Below are positions 1 to 8,300 of a DNA stretch of 64,000 nt, in pieces. This DNA is from an uncultured Verrucomicrobiae bacterium (GTDB lineage: Bacteria > Verrucomicrobiota > Verrucomicrobiia > Limisphaerales > Palsa-1400). The first letter of the stretch is position 1; the number at the start of each line of letters is the position of its first letter. The translations under genes were made by a program, and so were the position numbers. The stretch is from contig OY969763.1 in assembly GCA_963702845.1 (NCBI GenBank), positions 2,752,001 to 2,816,000 on the forward strand. The letters are read 5' to 3'. The notes under the pieces were generated by a model that saw nothing but the letters and a program-made list of their open reading frames with translations, was not told where the DNA came from and did no database searches.

Positions 1-26
1 ATTTTGGATCGCAAAAAAGCGAGTTC

Positions 27-767
27 GTGACCGTGCAACGTCTTAAAAATAAAACTGCCATCGTTACCGGCGCTGCCCACGGCATCGGCTGCGCCATTGC
101 CGAGGCTTTCTCCAAAGAAGGCGCGTCAGTGTTCGTCCTCGATCTCGACAAAAAAGCAGGACTGGCAACCGCAAAAAAAATTGGCGCGGCGTTTGTTCCT
201 TGCGACGTGTCATCCGCCGCTGCGGTGACGCGTGCCATTAAAGCCGCGACAAATAAGACCGGACGTGTTGACGTGCTCTGCAATAACGCAGCTTACATCG
301 GCCAGTGGCACAACGCCTGCGAATCGTCCGACCAAGAATGGGATAAGTGTTACCGCGTTTCCTTGATGGGCACCGAATATTGCACCCGAGAAGTCTTGCC
401 GTTGATGGTCAAACAAAAATCCGGTTCCATCATCAACATCAGTTCAATTCAAGGGCTGGTCGGTGGCCGCAATTCTGCCGCCTACACCACCATTAAGCAC
501 GCGCTCATCGGGTTCACTCGCAGCGTCGCTTACGATTACGGCACGCAAAACATCCGTTGCAACGCAATTTGTCCGGGGGCGATTCGCACGCGGATTTCGC
601 CGCCTCCCGGGTCCGAATTGCATCAGCGCCAAATCAGCAAAACATTCCTCGGTCGCGTCGGCGAACCGCGCGAGGTCGGGTCCGCGGCGGTTTTTCTCGC
701 GTCCGACGAAGCATCCTACGTCACGGGCGCAGTGCTCGCCGTCGATGGCGGCTGGACGGCAATGTAG
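27..767 (+). CDS. SDR family NAD(P)-dependent oxidoreductase
   Basis: TGAAHGIG Rossmann motif, NNAA, YxxxK (YTTIK), C-terminal VDGG; 246 aa. Confidence 0.95.
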   Translation: MTVQRLKNKTAIVTGAAHGIGCAIAEAFSKEGASVFVLDLDKKAGLATAKKIGAAFVPCDVSSAAAVTRAIKAATNKTGRVDVLCNNAAYIGQWHNACESSDQEWDKCYRVSLMGTEYCTREVLPLMVKQKSGSIINISSIQGLVGGRNSAAYTTIKHALIGFTRSVAYDYGTQNIRCNAICPGAIRTRISPPPGSELHQRQISKTFLGRVGEPREVGSAAVFLASDEASYVTGAVLAVDGGWTAM

Positions 768-1171
768 CTGTGGACCTCTATCACCAGGTCACGGAGTTCA
801 CGCTTCAGTGGATCGACAAACGTCACGGCTCAGCCGCTGACTTTTCTGACCGACATCGAACGCGACATCGGCTGGGCCGCTCGGATGATTGTTTCGGGAC
901 CGCCCGAGTCGTTACGCAACGACTCAACACATCACCAACGAACAACACAAGTTTCTCGTCTACACTTTGAACGAACAAGCCATTCGTCTGTCGCCGGGTG
1001 GGTTTGAAAACACAATCGGTCGATTACGTTTCCGGGTTTCTCGAAGATAGTTCCGAATTTGAGAATATTAGCGTGGATCTCATTTCGCGTGTTGCAGGGC
1101 GAATCGAAGATATGGGGCATCGGCTGCTTCCACCGCGCTAGGGAGAGTGTGGGTCGCGTCTTCGCGTAAGA

Positions 1172-1186
1172 TGGCACAGGCCATGC
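1172..1186 (+). promoter_or_regulatory. candidate sigma-54 (-24/-12) promoter
   Basis: TGGCACAGGCCATGC = TGGCAC-N5-ATGC, with GG-N10-GC spacing, in an intergenic region upstream of a small ORF. Confidence 0.4.
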
Positions 1187-1258
1187 TTGACTCATTGCTG
1201 TTCTTGCCACGTTTTCGGCTCATGGCCGATGAACCAACGTGGACGAGCACGCGAAGAA

Positions 1259-1450
1259 ATGAAAATATCAACAAATCGAGTCTCTGAGTTAACCTGCCGC
1301 TGGGGCAAACCCTGCACATGGTTCGTGAAACCGAAAATGATCACCTCATTGCCAGCGAACGTAGAGCCAATGTCGCAAGCGGATGCCCATCAGTTGCGCA
1401 AAGCGCATCACTCTGCTGCCTTGCGCGCTGTGTTAGCAGCTGCGGCGTGA
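1259..1450 (+). CDS. small hypothetical protein (63 aa; alternative start 1229)
   Basis: ORF MKISTNRVSELTCRWGKPCTW...AAAA fills an otherwise empty gap, ends 5 bp from the ilvA stop and follows a sigma-54-like site. Confidence 0.35.
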   Translation: MKISTNRVSELTCRWGKPCTWFVKPKMITSLPANVEPMSQADAHQLRKAHHSAALRAVLAAAA

Positions 1451-1455
1451 ACGAA

Positions 1456-2679
1456 TCATTTCGGGTCTCCTGATGCAACCGAGATGAAGCCTTCACCTTG
1501 CAGGCGGTTGTGCAGTTCCGTGACGTGGTCCTGATCACGCGTTTCAACGATGCACTCGACGTTCACCGTCGTGATGTCCTCCCCCGCAAACGCACGATCG
1601 TGCGTGATTTCCAAAATGCTCGCGCCGGTATCGGCAACAATTCGCGCCAGTGCCGCAAGCCCGCCGGGTCGGTCGCTGATCGTGGCAGTAAACCGATAGA
1701 GTCGCCCATCTGAAACTAATCCGCGCTCAAGCACTCGTCCGAGAATCGGCGTGTCAATATTGCCACCGGTTAGTGGCAGAACGACATTCTTCCCTTTAAT
1801 TTCCGGCAACGCGCCGCAAAGACACGCGGCCAATGTTGACGCTCCTGCGCCTTCGACGACGGATTTTTCAAGTTCCACGAGTCGCAAAATGGCCAACGAA
1901 ATGTGCCGCTCATGGACAATGACCGTTTTGTCCACGAAATCGCGAGCAATGGCGAAGGCGTTTTTGCCGACCTGGGACACAGCGAGACCATCGGCCAATG
2001 TTGGCCGAACTTTCACGGCAACGGGTTTGCCGGCCTCGACCGCCGCAGTAAAGCTGGCGGCGCGTTTAGGTTCGATGCCGATGATTTTCGCGTTCGGTTT
2101 AAGCGTCCGCATGGCGAGAGCGACGCCGGCGATAAGTCCGGCTCCGCCGATCGGAACGAGAACGAAATCGACATCCGGAACTTGCGCGGCGATTTCAAGG
2201 CCGAGTGTTCCCTGCCCTGCAATGATGTCCAAATCGTCGTAGCCGTTGATGTAGGTGAGTTGCTGCTCGGATCCGAGTTGATCGGCTTTGACGCGGGCTT
2301 CGTCAAGATCGGCGCCACTCAGGATTACCTTTGCACCGAGTTTGCGGCAATTGCTCACTTTAGTAAGCGGCGCGAAAGTTGGCATCACCACGGTTGCAGG
2401 GATACTGAGTCGTTGCGCGTGATACGCCAGAGCTAGGGCATGATTGCCAGCGGAGGCGGCGATGACTCCGTGCGTTTTCTTCTCGGAGGAAAGGAGTGTC
2501 AGGGCATTGGCGGCGCCGCGCTCTTTGAAACTTCCGGTGCGCTGGAGGTATTCGAGTTTGCAATAAATCCTGGCGCCGGTGGCTTCGGATAATGGAATGG
2601 AAAGAGGACAGGGAGTTTGGACGACGTACCCTGCGATTCGTTCGGCCGCTTGTTGGATGTCGGCGAAACTTAGCGACAT
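1456..2679 (-). CDS. ilvA: threonine ammonia-lyase (PLP-dependent, C-terminal ACT domain)
   Basis: KLEYLQRTGSFKERGA PLP-lysine motif, SAGNHA, PIGGAGL, TGGNID, DRPGGL ACT domain. Confidence 0.93.
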   Translation of the reverse strand: MSLSFADIQQAAERIAGYVVQTPCPLSIPLSEATGARIYCKLEYLQRTGSFKERGAANALTLLSSEKKTHGVIAASAGNHALALAYHAQRLSIPATVVMPTFAPLTKVSNCRKLGAKVILSGADLDEARVKADQLGSEQQLTYINGYDDLDIIAGQGTLGLEIAAQVPDVDFVLVPIGGAGLIAGVALAMRTLKPNAKIIGIEPKRAASFTAAVEAGKPVAVKVRPTLADGLAVSQVGKNAFAIARDFVDKTVIVHERHISLAILRLVELEKSVVEGAGASTLAACLCGALPEIKGKNVVLPLTGGNIDTPILGRVLERGLVSDGRLYRFTATISDRPGGLAALARIVADTGASILEITHDRAFAGEDITTVNVECIVETRDQDHVTELHNRLQGEGFISVASGDPK

Positions 2680-2682
2680 GAA

Positions 2683-3504
2683 TCAGTTATCCTTGATTTC
2701 GATGTTGCGATACATCACTTCTGCGCCTTCTTGCTGGAAAAGAATTTTGCCCTGGGTCAAAGGAACCCACTTGCCATTCACGAAGTGTTCGAGATGAGTG
2801 AACCCGTTGTTCAATTTGCCATTGATCAAATATTTCGCGCTGTCACCGCGAACGATCATATCGACAGTGTTCCAACCGTCCTTTTCAAAATCACCCTCGG
2901 CATGATGCACTCGAGCAATGCCTGTAGACACACCTTGTGTGTACGGCACTCCGTCCTTTTTGAAATACGGCTTCGAACTGCTATTGGTTTTCACAACGTG
3001 CGTGGTTCGGTTTGTGACCACCACGTCCGGAAAGGAATTCGTCGTCGCCGGATCCACAGTGGTTTTCATACGGACATAGACCGTAAAAATATCGCCCACA
3101 TCCCCTTCCTGCACCTGGCACTCAATGCTCTTGGGCCAAACGCCGTCCGAACCGATACAATGAAAGAGCACCCCGGCATCACGCTTCGCGTCTACTTTTC
3201 CATCAAATTTTTTCTTACCCCACTTGTATTGGAAGCGCAGATGGTAATTCGAATATTCTTTTTCGGTAATCATGTAGCCGAACTTTTGGCTGCTCCGGTC
3301 CTCGCAATCCTTGTACATGTGCACCATTCCGTCGTGAATGGTGAAGAGATGGTTGGTGTCGTTTTCAAGACGTTTTTGCCCGCTGACAAGATACCAGCCC
3401 GTGAAGTCCGTGCCATTAAAGAGCGGCTTGAAGCCATCGTCGGCTGCGCGGCTTAACAAACAAACGGTGGCAAACGAGATTACGAAAAGGAAACGGGCTT
3501 TCAT
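2683..3504 (-). CDS. DUF1080 (3-keto-disaccharide hydrolase-like) secreted protein
   Basis: signal peptide, FKPLFNGTDFTGW, IECQVQEGDVGD, GKILFQQEGAEVMYRNI; start moved to MKARF (ORF track starts at 3534). Confidence 0.88.
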   Translation of the reverse strand: MKARFLFVISFATVCLLSRAADDGFKPLFNGTDFTGWYLVSGQKRLENDTNHLFTIHDGMVHMYKDCEDRSSQKFGYMITEKEYSNYHLRFQYKWGKKKFDGKVDAKRDAGVLFHCIGSDGVWPKSIECQVQEGDVGDIFTVYVRMKTTVDPATTNSFPDVVVTNRTTHVVKTNSSSKPYFKKDGVPYTQGVSTGIARVHHAEGDFEKDGWNTVDMIVRGDSAKYLINGKLNNGFTHLEHFVNGKWVPLTQGKILFQQEGAEVMYRNIEIKDN

Positions 3505-3540
3505 GGAATGCAAAAGTTTTACCGCAATGCGCAACCTGCG

Positions 3541-3960
3541 TCAAACGCTGGTCACCTCTTTGACCGGCGCGCTGTTCAGACGCGCGCCGCAATTGGAACA
3601 AAAATTCGCGGTGGCGAGCGATTTAGTTCCGCATCCCGAGCACGCGCGTAGTTCGCGAACATGCCGATAGTGAATGATCAAATTGCGGATGTACGGAATC
3701 CACGTGAAGAGGTAGGCAAAGATAAAAACCGAGTCATGCCGCGTCAGCGCGTAGGCGAGGATGATGAGCGATCCGGTCAGGCTCAACCACCAGAATGAAA
3801 CCGGGATGACGACCTGGCGCTTCTTTTCGGTCGCATACCACTGAACGAAGAAGCGGGTGAAGAAAATGAAGTTGCCCAGCCAGCCAATGACTTTCCACAA
3901 GCTCCATTCAATGCCGAGAAACTTTCCGTCGTGCCAGATGAGGTGAGTCAATTGTTCCAT
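3541..3960 (-). CDS. lipid-A-disaccharide synthase N-terminal (LAB_N) membrane protein with C-terminal zinc ribbon
   Basis: IGWLGNFIFFTRFFVQW...EK...VIPVSFWWLSL...YIRNL, followed by CSGC-x10-CSNCG. Confidence 0.88.
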   Translation of the reverse strand: MEQLTHLIWHDGKFLGIEWSLWKVIGWLGNFIFFTRFFVQWYATEKKRQVVIPVSFWWLSLTGSLIILAYALTRHDSVFIFAYLFTWIPYIRNLIIHYRHVRELRACSGCGTKSLATANFCSNCGARLNSAPVKEVTSV

Positions 3961-3963
3961 GGG

Positions 3964-5043
3964 CTATTCCGCGAGCATCTTTTCGACTTTGCCTTTGAGA
4001 TCCTGCCGGGCGTTGATGTCGCGGAGATTGCCTTTTTTATCGATCAGCCACATGGCAGGGATGCTCTCGATACCGAACCGGGTCGAAATTTCGTTCTGCC
4101 ATTGTTTGCCGTCGAAGTACTGCGGCCAATCCATTTTTTTGTCAGCCACGTAGTTCGTCAGCTTGGATTTGTCTTTGTCGAGACTGATGCCGACAATTTC
4201 GAAACCTTTGGGATGCAGTTCAGCATAAGCTTCCTTCACGTGCGGAATTTCAGCGACGCACGGTCCGCACCACGTGGCCCAGAAATCGATCAGCACGACT
4301 TTGCCTTTCATGTTCGAAACATCAACATCGCGGCCATCGACGGCTTTGAACTTGATGTCGACGGGTTTGCCGACGCGATCCATTTTTTCCAACGATTCTT
4401 TCGCAGATCCTTTCGCGGCTTCGGGCGCTACGGAACTGTTGGCCACTTCGGCAAGCAATTGTTTGGCCTTGTCTGGCTCACTTAATCTGGCGAGTTCGAC
4501 GAGCAATTTATACGGTTCACCACTTTTTGGAAATTCCTTCATTACTTCGTGAACCCCATTTTCGAGTTCAGTGTTGAATGCGGTCGTGCCGGCCTCGCCC
4601 TTTTTCTGTGCAGTGCGTACGATTTCGGAGATGCGGACTGTCACACGTTCATCTTCGGATGCGTTAGGGTCGGTGAGTTGAGATTTTTCCAATTTCTCCA
4701 ATCGCGGAAGAGCATTGGTTGCTCCCATGCGTTCGGCCATATTCAACGCGCGCATTTCGAAAAACTTGGCCTGGCTGGCGCGCTTGTCCTGCGGGTATTT
4801 GGTATAGAAATCGTGCGCGAGGTCAGCGGCTTTGAGAAATGCCGGCGCGGCAAAAGCTTTTTGTTCAGCCTCAGTCGGTTGCTTAGTTTGCCATTCCTTC
4901 GGAGGTGTTGGGCGCATGGCTGCCTGCACATCGGCCCAGGCCTTGTCGGCTGCGGGGTCAGCGGCGGGCGCGTCGGCGAATAGATTTACTGTCAGCAAAA
5001 GCATCAGTGCCAAAACCCATCGGCTCAATCGATTCATTGTCAT
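3964..5043 (-). CDS. TlpA-like thiol-disulfide oxidoreductase with N-terminal helical domain
   Basis: signal peptide; GKVVLIDFWATWCGPCVAEIP; GIESIP cis-Pro loop. Confidence 0.92.
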   Translation of the reverse strand: MTMNRLSRWVLALMLLLTVNLFADAPAADPAADKAWADVQAAMRPTPPKEWQTKQPTEAEQKAFAAPAFLKAADLAHDFYTKYPQDKRASQAKFFEMRALNMAERMGATNALPRLEKLEKSQLTDPNASEDERVTVRISEIVRTAQKKGEAGTTAFNTELENGVHEVMKEFPKSGEPYKLLVELARLSEPDKAKQLLAEVANSSVAPEAAKGSAKESLEKMDRVGKPVDIKFKAVDGRDVDVSNMKGKVVLIDFWATWCGPCVAEIPHVKEAYAELHPKGFEIVGISLDKDKSKLTNYVADKKMDWPQYFDGKQWQNEISTRFGIESIPAMWLIDKKGNLRDINARQDLKGKVEKMLAE

Positions 5044-5093
5044 ATTGTAAGGGTGTACTGGTTAGGAAAGATGTTCAAAGTTTATTCGCCATG

Positions 5094-5303
5094 CTAACCG
5101 CCTGCAACGATCTTCACGATTTCCAGCTTATCGCCAGCGCGAAGTTCGCGTTGCGAAAACTGCGACGGCGCAATCGCTTCGCCGTTGTGTTCGACGACTA
5201 CACTGCGCGGGAGCAGGCCTTGAGTGACAAGGAATTGTTCGAGCGTGCATGGAAGTGATGTTGGCACTTCCAATCCGTTTGCGATGACGATGTTGTCGCT
5301 CAT
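5094..5303 (-). CDS. thiS: sulfur carrier protein ThiS
   Basis: 69 aa, MSDNIVIANG...VEHNGE...GDKLEIVKIVAGG with C-terminal GG; ATGA overlap with the thiH stop. Confidence 0.93.
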   Translation of the reverse strand: MSDNIVIANGLEVPTSLPCTLEQFLVTQGLLPRSVVVEHNGEAIAPSQFSQRELRAGDKLEIVKIVAGG

Positions 5304-6490
5304 GCGGTGAGTGCGGCGTCCCAATCTTTCCAAACCGGTTCGTAACCGAGTCGCTGCAACAATGCGGCCATTTCGGCTGCGGAACGTTCGTCGGCGATCT
5401 CGAATTGACCGGTCGCAGGCGTTGCACCCTGCCCGGCCCATTCGCTGGAACCTGCTTCGACGATTCGGCCGCGCACGGTTTGGTGAATGTTTTCTTTGCC
5501 AGCGCCGGTGTATCCGCCGGGTTCGGTGTGACTGCCGGCGCTAATCATGGTGATGCCGAGCGGGATCAGGCCGTCGCGAAGTTTTGCAGGTTCGCGCGTC
5601 GAGAGAACGAGGCCGACGTCGGGCAAAAACAGGCGAAGCGCGCAAACAAGTTGGACGAGTTGCCGGTCGGAAATGTGGCTGAGCGGTTGAAATTCTCCGG
5701 CGCACGGGCGCAAACGAGGCAAGGAAATCGTTAGCTGCGCTTTCCAACATTTCTTCAGGAGATATTCGGCGTGGGCGGCAACACACAAGGCTTCGTAACG
5801 CCAATCGGCCAAGCCATACAATGCGCCGATGCCCAAACGTCGAAAGCCAGCGGCATAGGCGCGTTCGGGAGTTTCGACGCGCCAATCGAAGTTGCGCTTC
5901 GGGCCGGCGGTGTGCATGTCAGCGTAAATTTTTCGATCGTAGGTCTCTTGATAGACCACCAAGCCGTCGGCGCCTGCGGTGACGAGTGGCTCGTATTCGG
6001 CGGTTTCCATCGGGCCGAGTTCGAGCGAGATGCTGGGAATTTGTTCGTGTAACGCCGCGATGCAATCTTTGAGGTAATTGCCGGAAACGAATTTTGGGTG
6101 TTCGCCCGCGACTAACAGAATATTTCGAAAGCCCTGCTCTTGTATCGCGCGCGCTTCGCGGAGGACTTCTTCGACGGAAAGGGTCACACGCAAAATCGCG
6201 TTGTCGCGGGAAAATCCGCAATATTGACAATTGTTGATGCACTCGTTGGAAAGATAGAGCGGGGCGAAGAGGCGGATGACTTTGCCGAAACGTTGACGGG
6301 TCATTGCCTGCGATTTTGAACAGAGCTGTTCAAGTGATTCCTCTGCGGCGGGTGAGATCAGGGTGGCGAAATCGGAAAGGGTGCGCTGTGGCTTAGACAG
6401 AGCGGTGCGGACGTCGGCGACGCTGCAAGTTGCTGACTGTGCTTGCAGCGGTTCGATGGGCAAGGAATTGAATTGGGTGATAAAGGTCAC
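5300..6490 (-). CDS. thiH: 2-iminoacetate synthase ThiH (radical SAM)
   Basis: FAPLYLSNECINNCQYCGF (CxxxCxxC), YQETY, LSTRE, TEPGGY, QFEIADER; coupled to thiS. Confidence 0.95.
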   Translation of the reverse strand: MTFITQFNSLPIEPLQAQSATCSVADVRTALSKPQRTLSDFATLISPAAEESLEQLCSKSQAMTRQRFGKVIRLFAPLYLSNECINNCQYCGFSRDNAILRVTLSVEEVLREARAIQEQGFRNILLVAGEHPKFVSGNYLKDCIAALHEQIPSISLELGPMETAEYEPLVTAGADGLVVYQETYDRKIYADMHTAGPKRNFDWRVETPERAYAAGFRRLGIGALYGLADWRYEALCVAAHAEYLLKKCWKAQLTISLPRLRPCAGEFQPLSHISDRQLVQLVCALRLFLPDVGLVLSTREPAKLRDGLIPLGITMISAGSHTEPGGYTGAGKENIHQTVRGRIVEAGSSEWAGQGATPATGQFEIADERSAAEMAALLQRLGYEPVWKDWDAALTA

Positions 6491-6580
6491 GATGGTCTCG
6501 ACTAAAAAACTGTTCGCATAGGTTTACGTTACAAGGTTGGGGGGTTGCGTCAAACTACATCGGGTTGGCGAGCGGGCGGC

Positions 6581-6620
6581 AACACGGACGCACACGGACT
6601 CGCACCGACGAACACGGATT
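6581..6620. repeat. four tandem 10-bp units (consensus MACACGGACK)
   Basis: AACACGGACG CACACGGACT CGCACCGACG AACACGGATT read directly. Confidence 0.75.
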
Positions 6621-6667
6621 GAAGCGCGGGGCGTCAGTCCAAGCGAAAATGTTTTCATTGCGTTCAT

Positions 6668-6699
6668 AAAGTTAGAGCCTCCTCACGTCGGCTGCTACA
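6668..6699 (-). repeat. GTAG-type REP-like element, copy 1
   Basis: AAAGTTAGAGCCTCCTCACGTCGGCTGCTACA; 31/32 identical to 62031-62062; minus strand reads GTAGC-AGCC..GGCT hairpin. Confidence 0.85.
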
Positions 6700-6711
6700 A
6701 ATGGGTAAAAG

Positions 6712-6756
6712 CGGCGCGCGCGGAGCCGGAACGTCCGGTTCGCCAACGCGCCCTAC
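6712..6756 (-). repeat. GTAGGG-type REP-like hairpin
   Basis: minus strand GTAGGGCGCG...CGCGCCG with an inner GAACCGGA/TCCGGCTC stem; starts right after the terminase stop codon. Confidence 0.65.
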
Positions 6757-6757
6757 A

Positions 6758-8257
6758 TTAATAGCCGACGGTGATTTCCAGGGGTTGATGTTTTTGTTTC
6801 GTGGCGCGCACGGCCAGCGACAGGGACCAGAAGCGGTCGGAGTGGCCGGATTCGCTGTGGTCGGCGGTGAAGCGGGTGTTGCCGCTGCTGGTGGGTTCTT
6901 TTCTAATCGCGCGGAGGTCGGCGCGGATTTCTGGAGAGCTCGGGATTTTTATGGTGCGGTCTTCGAAGGCCATGCGCACGGGATAGGCGAGCTCTTCTTT
7001 CATGGCCTGGGTGAAGGTGATGCCTTCAACTTTGTATTTACCGAATTTTTGTTGGGCGCGTTTGGTGAATTGACGACCGATGCCGGTTTGGTCGATGCAG
7101 CAGCGTTTGACGATGGGGAGGGCTAAGAGTTCGTAGAGGGCGGCTTCTTGTGCTTCGAAGGGTTCTTTTTCGAAAACCTGGATCGCGGCGGTGTGATAGG
7201 TGCTGCCGCGTTTGTCGAGGACCCAGATGACGGTGAGGTCTTTGTCGCGGCCGATGTCGACGCCGATGTAGAGTTCGGAGTCTTTGGAGAGGAGGGAGGG
7301 ATCGCAGGACCAGGATGAGGATTGCGAATTGGGGATTTCGGATTGCGGATTGGAAATATCAGAGGAGGCGGAATGGGAATCATGGGAAGAATGGGAATTA
7401 TGTGGGTATTCGGCGGCGGTGATTAGGTCGTAGCTGAGGAAGGCGCTAGCTTCGTCGGCGGAGATGCACATGTATTCCTGGTTGAAGGTTTCTACGTCGA
7501 TGGCGTCGCGACGTTTGAAGTCGAAGTATTCGGCTTCGTCCATTTGTTGGACGAAATGGTTTTCGGGCAGCGCACACTGAATTTTGAAGAGGCCGCCCTG
7601 GTCGAGAAATCGTTGGAGGGTGATTTTGTGGTAGCTGAATTTTTTCGGGTTGCCGTTGTGTTCGATGTCCATTTGCATCCGATGGAACAACGTGCTGGAA
7701 CCGCGTGGGGTGGAGAATATTTCGATGTCGCCGCCCCAATCGCCGCCGGGCATGGCGATGGAAATGAGTTTCTCCTGCTGTTCGTGGAGAGCCAATTCGT
7801 CGATGATGCGGCTGCCGCGTTTGCCGGCTTGAGCGTCGGGATTTGAAGATAAGGAGTGGATGCGGTTGCCGTTGGCGAAGGTGACGCAGTCTTGGGTGAC
7901 GGATTTGATTAAATTTTTTCCGAAGTTGCCGGCGGAGAGGATGCGATCCCATTTTTCGACGTCTTCGAGGAGGAGGCATGCTTGTTTGGCGTCGCGGCTG
8001 GTGGCCCATGTGTCGCGCCCGGGATTGCCGAAGGCGAGGATGAGGTAGCTGCGAAGGGTGGTGATGTCGGACCAGCCGAACTGACGGCCTTTGACGCAGA
8101 ATTTGCGCGGGGAGGTGTCGTTTATCCAAGCGGCCTGATTGGGAAGTAAATAATGGGCGGGCCGGATTTTCGCTTTGCCGATGTGTTTAGTAGCGGCCTG
8201 TGCGGCGATGGTGTCGAGGTAGTCGTAGAGTGAAGTGATTTGTGAATTGGTTTGCAT
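6758..8257 (-). CDS. phage terminase large subunit, Mu gp28-like (orphan)
   Basis: LLPNQAAW Q-motif, KGRQFGWS Walker A variant, IIDELA Walker B, FSTP, nuclease YIGVDIGRDKD, IDQTGIG, HSDRFWSL. Confidence 0.9.
   Translation of the reverse strand: MQTNSQITSLYDYLDTIAAQAATKHIGKAKIRPAHYLLPNQAAWINDTSPRKFCVKGRQFGWSDITTLRSYLILAFGNPGRDTWATSRDAKQACLLLEDVEKWDRILSAGNFGKNLIKSVTQDCVTFANGNRIHSLSSNPDAQAGKRGSRIIDELALHEQQEKLISIAMPGGDWGGDIEIFSTPRGSSTLFHRMQMDIEHNGNPKKFSYHKITLQRFLDQGGLFKIQCALPENHFVQQMDEAEYFDFKRRDAIDVETFNQEYMCISADEASAFLSYDLITAAEYPHNSHSSHDSHSASSDISNPQSEIPNSQSSSWSCDPSLLSKDSELYIGVDIGRDKDLTVIWVLDKRGSTYHTAAIQVFEKEPFEAQEAALYELLALPIVKRCCIDQTGIGRQFTKRAQQKFGKYKVEGITFTQAMKEELAYPVRMAFEDRTIKIPSSPEIRADLRAIRKEPTSSGNTRFTADHSESGHSDRFWSLSLAVRATKQKHQPLEITVGY
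7320..7408. repeat. 7-bp and 9-bp tandem repeats inserted in frame inside the terminase gene
   Basis: GATTGCG AATTGGG GATTTCG GATTGCG GATTGGA (7320-7354) and ATGGGAATC ATGGGAAGA ATGGGAATT ATGTGGGTA (7373-7408). Confidence 0.8.
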
Positions 8258-8300
8258 AACATCTTTTGGTTTTGGTTGAAAAAAGTTGAAATGGCTGAAC

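Noticed and set aside
768..1010. Possible gene remnant (EFTLQW/STNVTAQPLTF) and an 8-bp hairpin at 906-925
   Set aside because: No start codon or convincing family match; the hairpin has no U-tract or riboswitch features
6491..6660. TPP riboswitch expected upstream of thiH
   Set aside because: No CUGAGA / ACCUGA core found on the minus strand
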